Source: an uncultured virus (IMG/VR IMGVR_UViG_3300027749_003369)
Taxonomy: Duplodnaviria; Heunggongvirae; Uroviricota; Caudoviricetes
DNA length: 64,000 bases
IMG/VR virus record: IMGVR_UViG_3300027749_003369
Strand: one strand, 5' to 3'
Both the position numbers and the translations under genes were made by a program. Numbering within the stretch: position 1 is the stretch's first letter; every line of letters begins with the position of its first letter. Shown piece after piece: positions 28,349-38,361 of the stretch. The notes beneath the pieces are model-generated. The model searched no databases. It worked only from the letters and a program-made list of their open reading frames with translations, and was not told where the DNA came from.

Positions 28349-29569
28349 ATGTTTAGTTTTAAAGGATTCGTAACAAAGGGTACTAATACCCATTTGGAAC
28401 ACTTAGAAGATAGTATTATAGACCAAGGCTCAAAAGGTGGTCGTAATGCAGTCAATTTTTTAAAATCAATAAAAAAAATGCTTACAGGTAATGTAGGCGG
28501 CCGACTTAACGTAACAGTTAAATGGGACGGTGCGCCAGCAGTTATCTGTGGAATTAATCCTGAAAATGGTAAATTCTTTGTAGCAACTAAATCTTTATTC
28601 AACGTAAATCCAAAAATCAATTATTCTACAGGCGACATTATGAAAAACCATGATGGCGTTTTAGCACAGAAACTTATTGTTTGTTTAAGAGAGTTATCTA
28701 AATTAGGTATCAATGGTATTTTACAAGGCGATCTTTTATTTACAAAAGGTGATGTTAAGACTACAACAATAGATGATAAAGAATATTATACATTTACACC
28801 AAATACAATTACGTATGCAGTACCAGTTAACAGTGTAATAGGTCAAAGAGTTGCACGTGCAAGATTAGGTATAGTTTTCCATACAATGTATTCAGGTAAA
28901 GATATTAAACATCTTTCAGCAAGTTTTGGAAGTGTTGCTGGGTTTCCTAAATCATCTTCTATTTTTATTACAGATGCAACATACAAAGATACGTCAGGGG
29001 CTGCTACATTTAACAAATCAGAAATGGGCCAGTTTGATAATATCATTTCAATGGCAGAAGGCTCATTACAGAAAGCGGCACCAATGTTAGATATACTTAA
29101 CGTTGCAGATTCTTTAGCAGTAGGTTATAAACTTAAATCATTTTTCAATCATTACATTAGAAATTCACAAGGCGATATGGCCAAAGTAAAAGATTTAGTA
29201 GATATGTTTAGAGTGTATTATAATAATATGTTGCAACAAGAAGTTGAAGCAGTAAGTAAAGAAGAAACAAAAAACAAATATAGAAAAATTAGAGATGATG
29301 GTTTAAACTTCATTGATAGGAATCAACAAGCATTATACTTTGCAATTGCAAGTTGGATATCATTACAACGTGCAAAGAATTTTTTAATAAGAAAAATGAA
29401 TCAAATACAAAGCATTGGCCAGTTTATAAGAACACCAGATGGATTTAAAGTAACTAATCCTGAAGGATATGTGGCTGTTGATAGAGTTAAGGGTGCAGTT
29501 AAACTTGTAGATAGATTAGAATTTAGTAGAGCAAACTTTACAATAGCAAAAGATTGGCTTAAAGGATAA
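28349..29569 (+). CDS. DUF6267-like protein with RNA-ligase-type nucleotidyltransferase motifs
   Basis: HLEHLED, TVKWDG (KxDG motif I), QGD, PEGYV (motif IV) and VKLV (motif V); TATAAATA at 28282. Confidence 0.65.
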   Translation: MFSFKGFVTKGTNTHLEHLEDSIIDQGSKGGRNAVNFLKSIKKMLTGNVGGRLNVTVKWDGAPAVICGINPENGKFFVATKSLFNVNPKINYSTGDIMKNHDGVLAQKLIVCLRELSKLGINGILQGDLLFTKGDVKTTTIDDKEYYTFTPNTITYAVPVNSVIGQRVARARLGIVFHTMYSGKDIKHLSASFGSVAGFPKSSSIFITDATYKDTSGAATFNKSEMGQFDNIISMAEGSLQKAAPMLDILNVADSLAVGYKLKSFFNHYIRNSQGDMAKVKDLVDMFRVYYNNMLQQEVEAVSKEETKNKYRKIRDDGLNFIDRNQQALYFAIASWISLQRAKNFLIRKMNQIQSIGQFIRTPDGFKVTNPEGYVAVDRVKGAVKLVDRLEFSRANFTIAKDWLKG

Positions 29570-29570
29570 T

Positions 29571-29780
29571 ATGATTAAACAATTGAATCCAGCTTTACCT
29601 ATAATAACTCCTAAAGGAGAAGCCTACGTTCATTTTTTAATCGATTACGGCATGGAAGAACATCTACTATGGGTATGTTTTATTAATGAAACTGGAGAAT
29701 GTTGGACTTTTAGAAATCCACAAATAAGATTAAAACCTAACGAGACTTTTAATAGATCAAAAACAACGGAGATAGTATGA
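29571..29780 (+). CDS. Hypothetical protein
   Basis: ORF in operon. Confidence 0.5.
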   Translation: MIKQLNPALPIITPKGEAYVHFLIDYGMEEHLLWVCFINETGECWTFRNPQIRLKPNETFNRSKTTEIV

Positions 29781-30064
29781 AAACATTTAAACAATTTATA
29801 AAAGAAGCTGCTGTAGATTCAAAAGGACTTAAAAGTTCTACAGGAGGATTAACACAAAAAGGTAGAGATTATTATAATCGTAAAGATGGTAGTAATCTAA
29901 AAGCACCTGTAACAAAAAAACCATCTGAATTAAAAAAAGGCAGTAAGGCATATAATAGACGTAAATCATTCTGTGCTCGTATGTCTGGTAATCCAGGCCC
30001 AATGAAAGATGATAAAGGAAGACCTACTCGTAAAGCATTGGCATTAAGAAAGTGGAATTGCTAG
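29777..30064 (+). CDS. DUF6321-like basic protein with capsid-targeting-like N-terminus
   Basis: MKTFKQFIKEA; GGLT.KG...RRKSFCARM...LRKWNC. Confidence 0.6.
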   Translation: MKTFKQFIKEAAVDSKGLKSSTGGLTQKGRDYYNRKDGSNLKAPVTKKPSELKKGSKAYNRRKSFCARMSGNPGPMKDDKGRPTRKALALRKWNC

Positions 30065-30750
30065 TGAAATCATTTGAACAAATACTTTCAGAAGGTTTAT
30101 ACGATCAAGGTATATTTAAAGCTTTCTTTTTAGCAGGTGGGCCAGGTTCTGGTAAATCATTTGTTACTAGAAATGTATTTGCTGGATCAGGTTTAAAGAT
30201 TGTCAATTCAGATATTATATTTGAAAAGAGTTTAAAGACTGCTGGTTTATCTTTATCTATGCCAGATGAAGAACAATATTTTAGAGATGTATTAAGAAAT
30301 AAAGCAAAAGCAATAACCGAAAATCAATTAGATTTATATATCAAAGGTAGATTAGGTTTAGTAATAGATGCAACAGGCAGAGATTTTAACATAATACAAA
30401 GTCAGGCAGGACTATTAAAACAATTAGGTTATGATTGTTATATGGTATTTGTTAATACCAGTTTACAAGTTGCAATGGAAAGAAATTCTAAAAGAGAAAG
30501 AGTTGTACCTGAATATATTACAAAAAAATCTTGGGAAGGTGTACAACTTAATATTGGTAAATTTCAAAACTTTTTTGGTATGCAAAACTTTATAGTAGTA
30601 GATAACAGCAGATCAGAACAAGAATTGGTTACATTAACAATGAATAAAATAAACAGTATTGTTAGAAGATTATTAAATACACCAATCAAAAGTTACATAG
30701 CAAAAAGATGGATGGCCAAAGAGAGAATGGCAAGGAGAACAAATGTTTAA
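30064..30750 (+). CDS. P-loop kinase (AAA_33/Pnk/zeta-toxin-like)
   Basis: AGGPGSGKS, VIDATG and ERNSKRER lid; GTG start MKSFEQILSEG. Confidence 0.75.
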   Translation: MKSFEQILSEGLYDQGIFKAFFLAGGPGSGKSFVTRNVFAGSGLKIVNSDIIFEKSLKTAGLSLSMPDEEQYFRDVLRNKAKAITENQLDLYIKGRLGLVIDATGRDFNIIQSQAGLLKQLGYDCYMVFVNTSLQVAMERNSKRERVVPEYITKKSWEGVQLNIGKFQNFFGMQNFIVVDNSRSEQELVTLTMNKINSIVRRLLNTPIKSYIAKRWMAKERMARRTNV

Positions 30751-33058
30751 ATTAATTAATGAAGCAGTTATAGATATACCTAGGCGTACTTACGCTAAAG
30801 ATGTATTTGATAATGCAGATACAGAAAATCCAAAACTAAAACAATCCGTATTAGATATCATTAATGCACAATTAAAAGAGTTTGAAAAACTTTATCCTAT
30901 TAAAAAATATAGTTTAGTTGGTTCTAGTATTACAAAAAATTATAGAGATGATGCAGACCTAGATGTAAACGTTTTATTTGACGTTGCACCTGCTGATAGA
31001 GAAGCAGTTAGAATTAAATTAGCACATCAATTAAAAGGTATCAACGGTAAATTAATTCCAGGAACAAAACATCCAATCAACTATTACATCATTACAGATC
31101 CAAATGTAAAAGAAACAAATGATAAAATGGCTGATGGTGTATTTGATATTAAAAACAATACTTGGATAAGAAAACCAAAAGAATTTAAATTTGATGCTAA
31201 TAGATATGCAGCTGATTTTGAAAAGAAAGTAAAAGAGATAGATGTGATAGAAGGAGAATTAAAAAGAGATATCATTGATTACAAAGAGTTAACAGAATTA
31301 AATCCTGATGATGTTTTAAATTTACAAGAAATTATAAATGAAAAAATATCTAAGATAGAAGATGATATTAAGCATTTAGTTTCAATTGGTAATACAGTAT
31401 TAAAAGATAGACAAGATGCTTTTGCTACTGATATGACACCAGAAGAAATAAGAACATTTGGTAAAAAGAATTTATTACCTAAAAATGTTATCTATAAGAT
31501 GTTAGAGAAATATCATTATCTAAGATTGTATCATCAATTAAAAGATATATTAAATGATGGTAAAATAACAGACGCAGAAATACGTTCTATTAAAACAGAA
31601 GGCGTAAACAAATCTATTGCATTTACTTTTGGTAGATTTAATCCACCAACAATAGGCCACGAAAAACTATTACAAAAAGTTGCAAGTTTAGGTTCAGACT
31701 ATAAAATATTTTTAAGTAGATCGCAAGACGCAGTTAAGAATCCATTATCGCCATCAGACAAATTAAAATGGATGCAAACAATATTTAAACGTTATGCTAG
31801 TCATATATTTGTAATGCCTACAAATATGGTATTAGAATTAGCAGCAAAAATTTATAGTTTAGGTTATACAAATGTAACTATGGTTGTAGGTAGTGATAGA
31901 GTAAGAGAATTTGATACTATACTAAACAAATATAATGGTGAAAGAAACAGACATGGTTTCTATAACTTTGAAAAGATAAATGTAGTATCAGCAGGCGAAA
32001 GAGATCCTGATGAAGAAGGTGTAACAGGAATGAGTGCAAGTAAATTAAGAAACTATGCTTCAAGAGGAGATTTAAAGAATTTCAAAAGAGGAATACCAGG
32101 CAATTTAACAGAGAAACAAAAGAACGAGTTATTCTTTGATGTTAGAAAAGGTATGGGTTTATCGATTAGTTTGGCCGCAGAATTTGAACCAACCGAAATG
32201 CCTAAAACTTTACAACAATTTGAAACACAACAAGTAAGAGACTTATACATTAGAGAAATGATATTCAATATTGGCGAACAAGCACATAACGTCAATTTAG
32301 ATGTAAAAGGAAAAGTAGTAAGACGAGGAACAAATTATATTGTATTAGAAGATACAAATAACAATTTACACAAATCATGGATATGGGATTGTATTCCTAT
32401 TGCCGCAGATAAAGAAGTAATGATAAGAGAATATAATTTAGATGTAGATTACGGATTTAAAGCAGTATCAGAAATTAAAGAAACAAAAGAAGAACCAAAA
32501 CTTATAGAAGAAAGACGCAAAAAAGTATTTGGTGAATTAAAAAAGGATTTGATTAAGATGACAAAAAAAGAAGCATACGATATAGGACATGATTATGCAC
32601 AACACACTTCTAAGATAACACCAGGCGAACCTGGTTACGACCCCAATTATCAAGGTGGTGAATATGTGCCTAGTAATGCAGAAGATAATAAAGAGTTAGT
32701 AGCAACAACTAGAGTATATCCAGACGGCAAAAAGATACCTAATTCATTACCACCAAAATATATGGCTGCCAATTCTAAAGAGGTACCAGAAGGACAACAT
32801 TGTGGTAATTGTGAATATTATGTAGAAAGTGATAGTTATTGTAAGAAATTTGACGCTAAGGTTAGAGATAATTATTGGTGTGCTAAATGGGAACCAAACA
32901 ATAAGAAAGTGTCCATGCAAGATATAGAAGAATGGGCTGGTTCAAATGATACAATAGATAAATATAGACAAAGATATGGTAATAACTATCAATCTAAGAT
33001 TGACGAAGTTAAACAAAAAATGATGTCTTTCAAAGAATATAATAAGGATAAGAAATAA
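30743..33058 (+). CDS. Multidomain protein: pol-beta nucleotidyltransferase + HxGH cytidylyltransferase-like + HiPIP-like Cys domain
   Basis: LVGS...DADLDV; FGRFNPPTIGH...GMSASKLR; HCGNCEYY...C...YWCAKW. Confidence 0.75.
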   Translation: MFKLINEAVIDIPRRTYAKDVFDNADTENPKLKQSVLDIINAQLKEFEKLYPIKKYSLVGSSITKNYRDDADLDVNVLFDVAPADREAVRIKLAHQLKGINGKLIPGTKHPINYYIITDPNVKETNDKMADGVFDIKNNTWIRKPKEFKFDANRYAADFEKKVKEIDVIEGELKRDIIDYKELTELNPDDVLNLQEIINEKISKIEDDIKHLVSIGNTVLKDRQDAFATDMTPEEIRTFGKKNLLPKNVIYKMLEKYHYLRLYHQLKDILNDGKITDAEIRSIKTEGVNKSIAFTFGRFNPPTIGHEKLLQKVASLGSDYKIFLSRSQDAVKNPLSPSDKLKWMQTIFKRYASHIFVMPTNMVLELAAKIYSLGYTNVTMVVGSDRVREFDTILNKYNGERNRHGFYNFEKINVVSAGERDPDEEGVTGMSASKLRNYASRGDLKNFKRGIPGNLTEKQKNELFFDVRKGMGLSISLAAEFEPTEMPKTLQQFETQQVRDLYIREMIFNIGEQAHNVNLDVKGKVVRRGTNYIVLEDTNNNLHKSWIWDCIPIAADKEVMIREYNLDVDYGFKAVSEIKETKEEPKLIEERRKKVFGELKKDLIKMTKKEAYDIGHDYAQHTSKITPGEPGYDPNYQGGEYVPSNAEDNKELVATTRVYPDGKKIPNSLPPKYMAANSKEVPEGQHCGNCEYYVESDSYCKKFDAKVRDNYWCAKWEPNNKKVSMQDIEEWAGSNDTIDKYRQRYGNNYQSKIDEVKQKMMSFKEYNKDKK

Positions 33059-34137
33059 TGAGTTTCATTAAAGAATCAAAAAACGCTTATAAACAAGTAC
33101 AAGAAAATCATATTGCTATTGCTATGGGTAAAATGTTAGATGATGAAGGCAGTATGGTATTAAATCAATTAGAAGAATTAGAACGTGCTATTAAAATGAT
33201 TCGTGATTACGTTGGTACCGATTATGAAAAACAATTGCCAGCATGGGTTCAAGCTAAAGTTACATTAGCAAGTGATTATATATCTACAGTAGGCAATTAT
33301 CTTTCTAGTAAAAATGAAAAAGTAACAGAAGAAGCTATTAAAGAAGAATTTGATTTAAAAGAAACATCATTAACAGCTATTCATAAAATGAAAGAAGATG
33401 GAAAAACAACAGAAGAAATAGCAAAAGAATTAAAACTAAACACAGGATTAGTTAAAAAAATTTTAGGTGAAGGAACAGAAAAAGATAATACAAAATATCC
33501 ACAACATATACACGACATTATTAAAAAAGCAAAAGATAAAGAAATAGAGTTAGCAAGACAAAAACAATTATCTAACATAAAAGCTAAAGTAACAGATGTT
33601 AAAGTTCCAGGTTATACTGTTGAAGAAAAACCTAAAGTTAAAAAACAAAAAGATCAAACAAATAACATACCTCAGAACATAGAACCTTCAAATGCAGGTG
33701 GCGCTAATACACAAATTGGCCTTTCTATGGGAGAAGAAATACAATTAAAACCAGTTCCTAGTTTAGAAGATAGTGCTAAGAAACATAATGTAGATATTGA
33801 AGCATTAAAGAAACAATTAGAAAAAGGTATCAAATCAGAATCAGAACATACTGATGATCCTAAAGTTGCTGAGAAAATAGCATTAGCCCATTTGGATGAA
33901 AGACCAGATTACTACGATCAATTGGATAAATTGGAAAACAAACCAGTTGAAAAAATAACAGAAGTAAAAGAACCTACAGGAGAATTAAAAGATGCTTGTT
34001 GGACTGGTTATGTAGCAGTTGGAACTAAAATGAAAAATGGAAAACGTGTACCTAATTGTGTACCAAAATCAGAAGCATATAAAGGTGCTAAATCTATAGT
34101 AGAAAAAGCATGGAAAAAATTAAAGGAGAAAAAATAA
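33058..34137 (+). CDS. Putative head-internal protein (DUF5661-like segment and CW.GY...VPNCV module)
   Basis: GIKSESEHTDD..AEKIALAHL.E.PDYY; many L/I-x-E sites. Confidence 0.55.
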   Translation: MSFIKESKNAYKQVQENHIAIAMGKMLDDEGSMVLNQLEELERAIKMIRDYVGTDYEKQLPAWVQAKVTLASDYISTVGNYLSSKNEKVTEEAIKEEFDLKETSLTAIHKMKEDGKTTEEIAKELKLNTGLVKKILGEGTEKDNTKYPQHIHDIIKKAKDKEIELARQKQLSNIKAKVTDVKVPGYTVEEKPKVKKQKDQTNNIPQNIEPSNAGGANTQIGLSMGEEIQLKPVPSLEDSAKKHNVDIEALKKQLEKGIKSESEHTDDPKVAEKIALAHLDERPDYYDQLDKLENKPVEKITEVKEPTGELKDACWTGYVAVGTKMKNGKRVPNCVPKSEAYKGAKSIVEKAWKKLKEKK

Positions 34138-35111
34138 TGTCAAGATATTTAGAAATTAAACCAGGTAGTATATCAGAAGTAGCTAAGAAATTGAGAGAAG
34201 ATTATGAAGCTTACTTTAAAAAAGAATTAGAAAAAGAAGGAAAATCTTTAGCATCAATGACTGATGCTGAAAAGAAGGCCTTCTTTAATAGAGTTGATAA
34301 AGGGTATAACGCTAAAGATGAAGCAACTTCACAAGACGTTTCTCCTAGTATAGCAAACAAACCAATTGCTACAAGTAAGACTACATTAGTAGCTGCACCA
34401 GGTGGTAAAGAAAAAGTAATAAGAATACCTGTAGAAAAATTAGCAGACTATAAATCAAAAGGTTATGTTGAAGCAGAAGAATTTGTACCAGAAGCAGCAA
34501 AAGAACCATACGCTATTGGAATGGCCGCTGCTATGAAAGCAACTGGTGATAAACCACCTTTAAAAAAATCTACAATTATTAAAGCACATGACATTGCTAA
34601 AAAAATTGAAAAGAATGAAGAATTAACAGCTGCACAAAAAAAATTACCACCAGCACTTCAGAAAGCTATAGAGAAAAAAGAAAAGAATGAAGAAGTAGAA
34701 TTAGATGAAGCTGGTATGAAAGCAATCGATACAGATAATCAAGAATTAAAAAGACTTAGAACAAGATTAACTCAATTAAGAGATTCTGAAAAAGCGGCTG
34801 GTGGTGCAGATACTACAAATATAGAAAAACAAATACATCAAACAAGAGGCGCAATATTGGATTTACAAAAGAAACAATTGCAAAAACAAGAAGATATTGA
34901 TGCTGATAAAATGAATAAAAAACAAAAAGAAGTTAAAGGTGAAAAAGAACCTATTAAAAAAATAGAAGAAGCTGCTAAGAAACCAAATTATAAAAAATAT
35001 AAGAAATCTTTAAAAAAAGAAGAAGAAAATCCTAAAAATATGAAAAGCACTTTGACTGGTAAACCTGTAACTAAAATTGATGTTGAACCTAAATTAGCAG
35101 GCCATAATTAA
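34137..35111 (+). CDS. Lys/Glu-rich putative head-internal protein
   Basis: Highly charged and modular with many xxE sites; PYAIGMA motif. Confidence 0.5.
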   Translation: MSRYLEIKPGSISEVAKKLREDYEAYFKKELEKEGKSLASMTDAEKKAFFNRVDKGYNAKDEATSQDVSPSIANKPIATSKTTLVAAPGGKEKVIRIPVEKLADYKSKGYVEAEEFVPEAAKEPYAIGMAAAMKATGDKPPLKKSTIIKAHDIAKKIEKNEELTAAQKKLPPALQKAIEKKEKNEEVELDEAGMKAIDTDNQELKRLRTRLTQLRDSEKAAGGADTTNIEKQIHQTRGAILDLQKKQLQKQEDIDADKMNKKQKEVKGEKEPIKKIEEAAKKPNYKKYKKSLKKEEENPKNMKSTLTGKPVTKIDVEPKLAGHN

Positions 35112-35128
35112 TAAGTATTTAAAGTATC

Positions 35129-35629
35129 ATGGATAAGTTACCTCGTATATATTGCGACATGGACGGAGTATTATGCGATTTTAAATCAGCAGCAATTAAA
35201 ACTACAGGCATGTCTATTGATAAGTGGATGGAAAATAATAGTGAACTTGATAAATGGAAACCAATCATAGACAAAAAAGATTTTTGGTATAATTTACCAT
35301 GGCAACCAGGTGGCCAACAACTATGGTCATACATCAACAATTATCAACCACATATACTATCTGCTTACGTAGAACACGCATCTGATCCAAATTGTATTCC
35401 TGGAAAAAGATCATGGGCAGTATCTCATCTAGGCATACCAGCAAACAGAATCAATCTAGTTAAAAGAAAAGAAAAACAAAACTATGCTAAAGTTAATGGA
35501 GAACCTGCTCTGTTAATAGATGATTATATTAAAAACGTTAATCAATTTAAGGCTCGTGGTGGTTATGGAATACTACACACCAGTACGGCCAACACCATAT
35601 CACAGTTAAAAAAACTAGGTTTCAAATAG
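35129..35629 (+). CDS. HAD-family 5'(3')-deoxyribonucleotidase-like phosphatase
   Basis: DMDGVLCDF and LLIDD. Confidence 0.85.
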   Translation: MDKLPRIYCDMDGVLCDFKSAAIKTTGMSIDKWMENNSELDKWKPIIDKKDFWYNLPWQPGGQQLWSYINNYQPHILSAYVEHASDPNCIPGKRSWAVSHLGIPANRINLVKRKEKQNYAKVNGEPALLIDDYIKNVNQFKARGGYGILHTSTANTISQLKKLGFK

Positions 35630-35685
35630 TAAGTTCTTATAAATAGTAACGTTATAACAAATCACTTATTAATAAGGAGAGACAA

Positions 35686-36180
35686 ATGAGTTTATGGGGA
35701 AATAAGGATGCTAAAACTGCAACAGGAACAGTAGCAATAAATGCTGGTGGTACTGTTACGGGGACATCAACTCTTTTCACTACACAAACTAAAGTAGGAG
35801 ACTACATTAGAGTAGCAGGAGAAGATTACGTAATTAAAAGTATTGCTTCAAACACATCAGCAGTTGTTACTGCAGGTGTAGTAGGTGCAACTTTATCAGC
35901 TGTAAGTCCAGCAGCTGCATATACATTATCAGAAAAACCAAAATATGTATCATATTCAGAATCATCAAATTCTAGCGGAACACAAGGTGATCCAACTAAA
36001 GTTTATGGTGTTGATACAACTGAAACAGCAGTTCAAGCAAGTAAAATTGCTCACGCTGGTTGGGTTAGACGTATTGCAGGTTCTGGTGGAAGAACTGGAA
36101 GAGTACAAACTGAAGTATTAGTAGCAAGTTCATCTATATCAGGTGATCAGTCTGACGATACTCAGTTCCCTGACGCATAA
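35686..36180 (+). CDS. Late virion structural protein (putative)
   Basis: Thr/Gly-rich; HAGWV; TATAAATA at 35638; strong SD. Confidence 0.55.
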   Translation: MSLWGNKDAKTATGTVAINAGGTVTGTSTLFTTQTKVGDYIRVAGEDYVIKSIASNTSAVVTAGVVGATLSAVSPAAAYTLSEKPKYVSYSESSNSSGTQGDPTKVYGVDTTETAVQASKIAHAGWVRRIAGSGGRTGRVQTEVLVASSSISGDQSDDTQFPDA

Positions 36181-36189
36181 TACATAGAT

Positions 36190-36217
36190 TTGTGGTGGGC
36201 TTAATCGCTCACCACAA
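36190..36217 (+). terminator. Stem-loop TTGTGGTGGGC...GCTCACCACAA
   Basis: Inverted repeat after the 35686 gene. Confidence 0.55.
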
Positions 36218-36294
36218 TGTATAAATATATAAACAAAGTGATCTAGGTATTACCTAGAGTAGCATTCCCGAAAGGGTTAATATAAGGAGTTAAA

Positions 36295-36744
36295 ATGGCA
36301 GATAAGAAAATCACGGCGCTTACCGATTTAGGTACAGCATTAGCAAATGCAGATTTGTTCCACGTAGTACAAGATCCATCTGGAACACCAATCAATAAAA
36401 AAGTATCAACTTCAAATGTATTTAACAATATACCAACATATATTGGTTTAAAACAAACAGCACAAACTTTAAGTGCTAGTGGAGCTGCAAACGTTACAAC
36501 AGCAGTTACATTGGTTGATGCAACATCAGGTACAAGAGCAATTACACTTGCTGACGGTACTGATGGTCAAATTAAAACAATTATAGATACTGCATCATCT
36601 GGTACAAATGCAATTACTATTACACCTACTAATTTAAGAGGTTTTACTAGTGTTGTGTTAAATGCACAAGGTGAAACTGTTACACTAATGTTCAAAAGTT
36701 CTAAATGGAACATTATTGGTGGACACGGTTATTCAGCATCTTAA
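36295..36744 (+). CDS. Putative fiber/decoration structural protein
   Basis: MADKKITALTDL N-terminus typical of phage fiber proteins; TATAAATA at 36220. Confidence 0.55.
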   Translation: MADKKITALTDLGTALANADLFHVVQDPSGTPINKKVSTSNVFNNIPTYIGLKQTAQTLSASGAANVTTAVTLVDATSGTRAITLADGTDGQIKTIIDTASSGTNAITITPTNLRGFTSVVLNAQGETVTLMFKSSKWNIIGGHGYSAS

Positions 36745-36760
36745 TAATTAGGAGTATAAT

Positions 36761-36985
36761 ATGAATATTGATGAAAAAACATTGTTATCTGAAAAAGAAT
36801 TATTAACAAAAGATTTTAATTCTATTTCAGAAAAAATTAAACAAGTTGAGTTTGAATTAGGCAACATGAAAAGTAATTTAAATGCTATTTATGGTGCTCT
36901 TCAGCAAACAAACAAACTTTTAAAAATGAGCGAGACAAAAATTACTTACTCAGAAGAAATAAAAGATTCAAATGAAAAGATTTAA
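36761..36985 (+). CDS. Coiled-coil hypothetical protein
   Basis: ORF with SD. Confidence 0.5.
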   Translation: MNIDEKTLLSEKELLTKDFNSISEKIKQVEFELGNMKSNLNAIYGALQQTNKLLKMSETKITYSEEIKDSNEKI

Positions 36986-37520
36986 GTCTTACATTATTGA
37001 AAAAGATTTAAATGAATTTGAAGAAGATTGTTTATTAAATGAAACTAAAAAGGAAAAAGAAATGAAAAGTTTTAAACAACATATAAAAGAAGCTCACTAT
37101 GAAGGTGATGCACAAGGTGTTGGTACAACAGATAATAATAATTCTGTTGAAGATAGCCACATTGGTGTTCACAACATAGAAAACGCAGAAGTGTTAAAAC
37201 AAGTTAACGCTTTTGTTGGTTCAATAGCTGCACGTGAATATTTGGTTCCACTTCATGCTGTAAGTGAATTAAGAGAAAAACTAGGTAGACTAGGTTTATC
37301 TTTTGATAACAACGTAGTATTACCTGAAAGTGGTAATGGTTCAGTTGTTGTTACACTTAAGCAATTTGGCGGTAGATACGGTAAAGATACCGATTCTAAA
37401 CCAGATGAAGTAATCAATGATGATGGTATCAGCCACAGAAAAGAAGGTGGATTGAAGCTTGAGTTTAACTTTGAAAAATTAAATAATAATAGTTCAAAGG
37501 TTTACGCTAAGCTAATCTAA
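36972..37520 (+). CDS. Hypothetical protein with two capsid-targeting-like motifs
   Basis: MKRFKSYIIE and internal MKSFKQHIKEA. Confidence 0.55.
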   Translation: MKRFKSYIIEKDLNEFEEDCLLNETKKEKEMKSFKQHIKEAHYEGDAQGVGTTDNNNSVEDSHIGVHNIENAEVLKQVNAFVGSIAAREYLVPLHAVSELREKLGRLGLSFDNNVVLPESGNGSVVVTLKQFGGRYGKDTDSKPDEVINDDGISHRKEGGLKLEFNFEKLNNNSSKVYAKLI

Positions 37521-37528
37521 GATTAGCA

Positions 37529-37891
37529 ATGTTTAAACAGATTACCAAAGAAAATTGGTTATTGTTTGCACAACATAATTATGATAATCCTACTCTGGAA
37601 CAAGAGAGAGAATTTTACGAAGATTTGAAAAGATTTAAATATCTTAAAAGATTGTTTCGTAAATACGTGTTTACTGGAGATTTAAATATTAGATTGGTAG
37701 TAAATCATATTATAGTGTTGCAAAATGTTTTTGGTGTAGAAGCCGCAGTTACATTATTGTTATATAAATTAGATTCTCGATTTTGGCCTGCTTTGAAATC
37801 TGTTTTAGATTATTTAAATTATTTGTATCCACATGAGTTACAAGAAGTGGATGCCGATAAAAAAGTTTTAGAAATACTAAAAGGACTATAA
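37529..37891 (+). CDS. Conserved T4-like hypothetical protein
   Basis: YDNP...EFYEDLKRFKYLKRL...NHIIVL.NVFG. Confidence 0.65.
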   Translation: MFKQITKENWLLFAQHNYDNPTLEQEREFYEDLKRFKYLKRLFRKYVFTGDLNIRLVVNHIIVLQNVFGVEAAVTLLLYKLDSRFWPALKSVLDYLNYLYPHELQEVDADKKVLEILKGL

Positions 37892-38361
37892 TGGCAAATA
37901 GATTAGTAGATTTATTAATTACTTATAGAATAGTAAAATTAATATCAACACCATGGGAACAACAAGAAGCCTATAAGTTTGGCATCATTGATCGTACTGG
38001 TAAAGTTTTAAGAAAAGCAAATAAGTTGAATACTGAAGCAGAGAAAGATTCTTATACAGTATTACACAGATTTTGTTTTAATTTAAAACGAATATTGCAA
38101 AAAATGGGGTTGGGATCTTCATTATCTTCTTTTGCAGTGGCATTAGCTTTTATTCTTAAAGAAAATAAAGAACTTCAAAAGCATAAATCCTTAATAGAAA
38201 GTACAGTAGTATCTTATCTTAAACAAATTAATGTATATGATAAGTTATTAAATGAAGTGAGAGTTATAAAAGAAAGTAATGAAGAACCTTTTATGACTTG
38301 TTTTGGAATAGACGTATATGAAAAAGATGGAGAATTAATATCAGAATATGAAAAAATTTAA
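37891..38361 (+). CDS. Conserved T4-like hypothetical protein
   Basis: AYKFGIID..GK.L...YT.LHR..FNLKR. Confidence 0.65.
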   Translation: MANRLVDLLITYRIVKLISTPWEQQEAYKFGIIDRTGKVLRKANKLNTEAEKDSYTVLHRFCFNLKRILQKMGLGSSLSSFAVALAFILKENKELQKHKSLIESTVVSYLKQINVYDKLLNEVRVIKESNEEPFMTCFGIDVYEKDGELISEYEKI

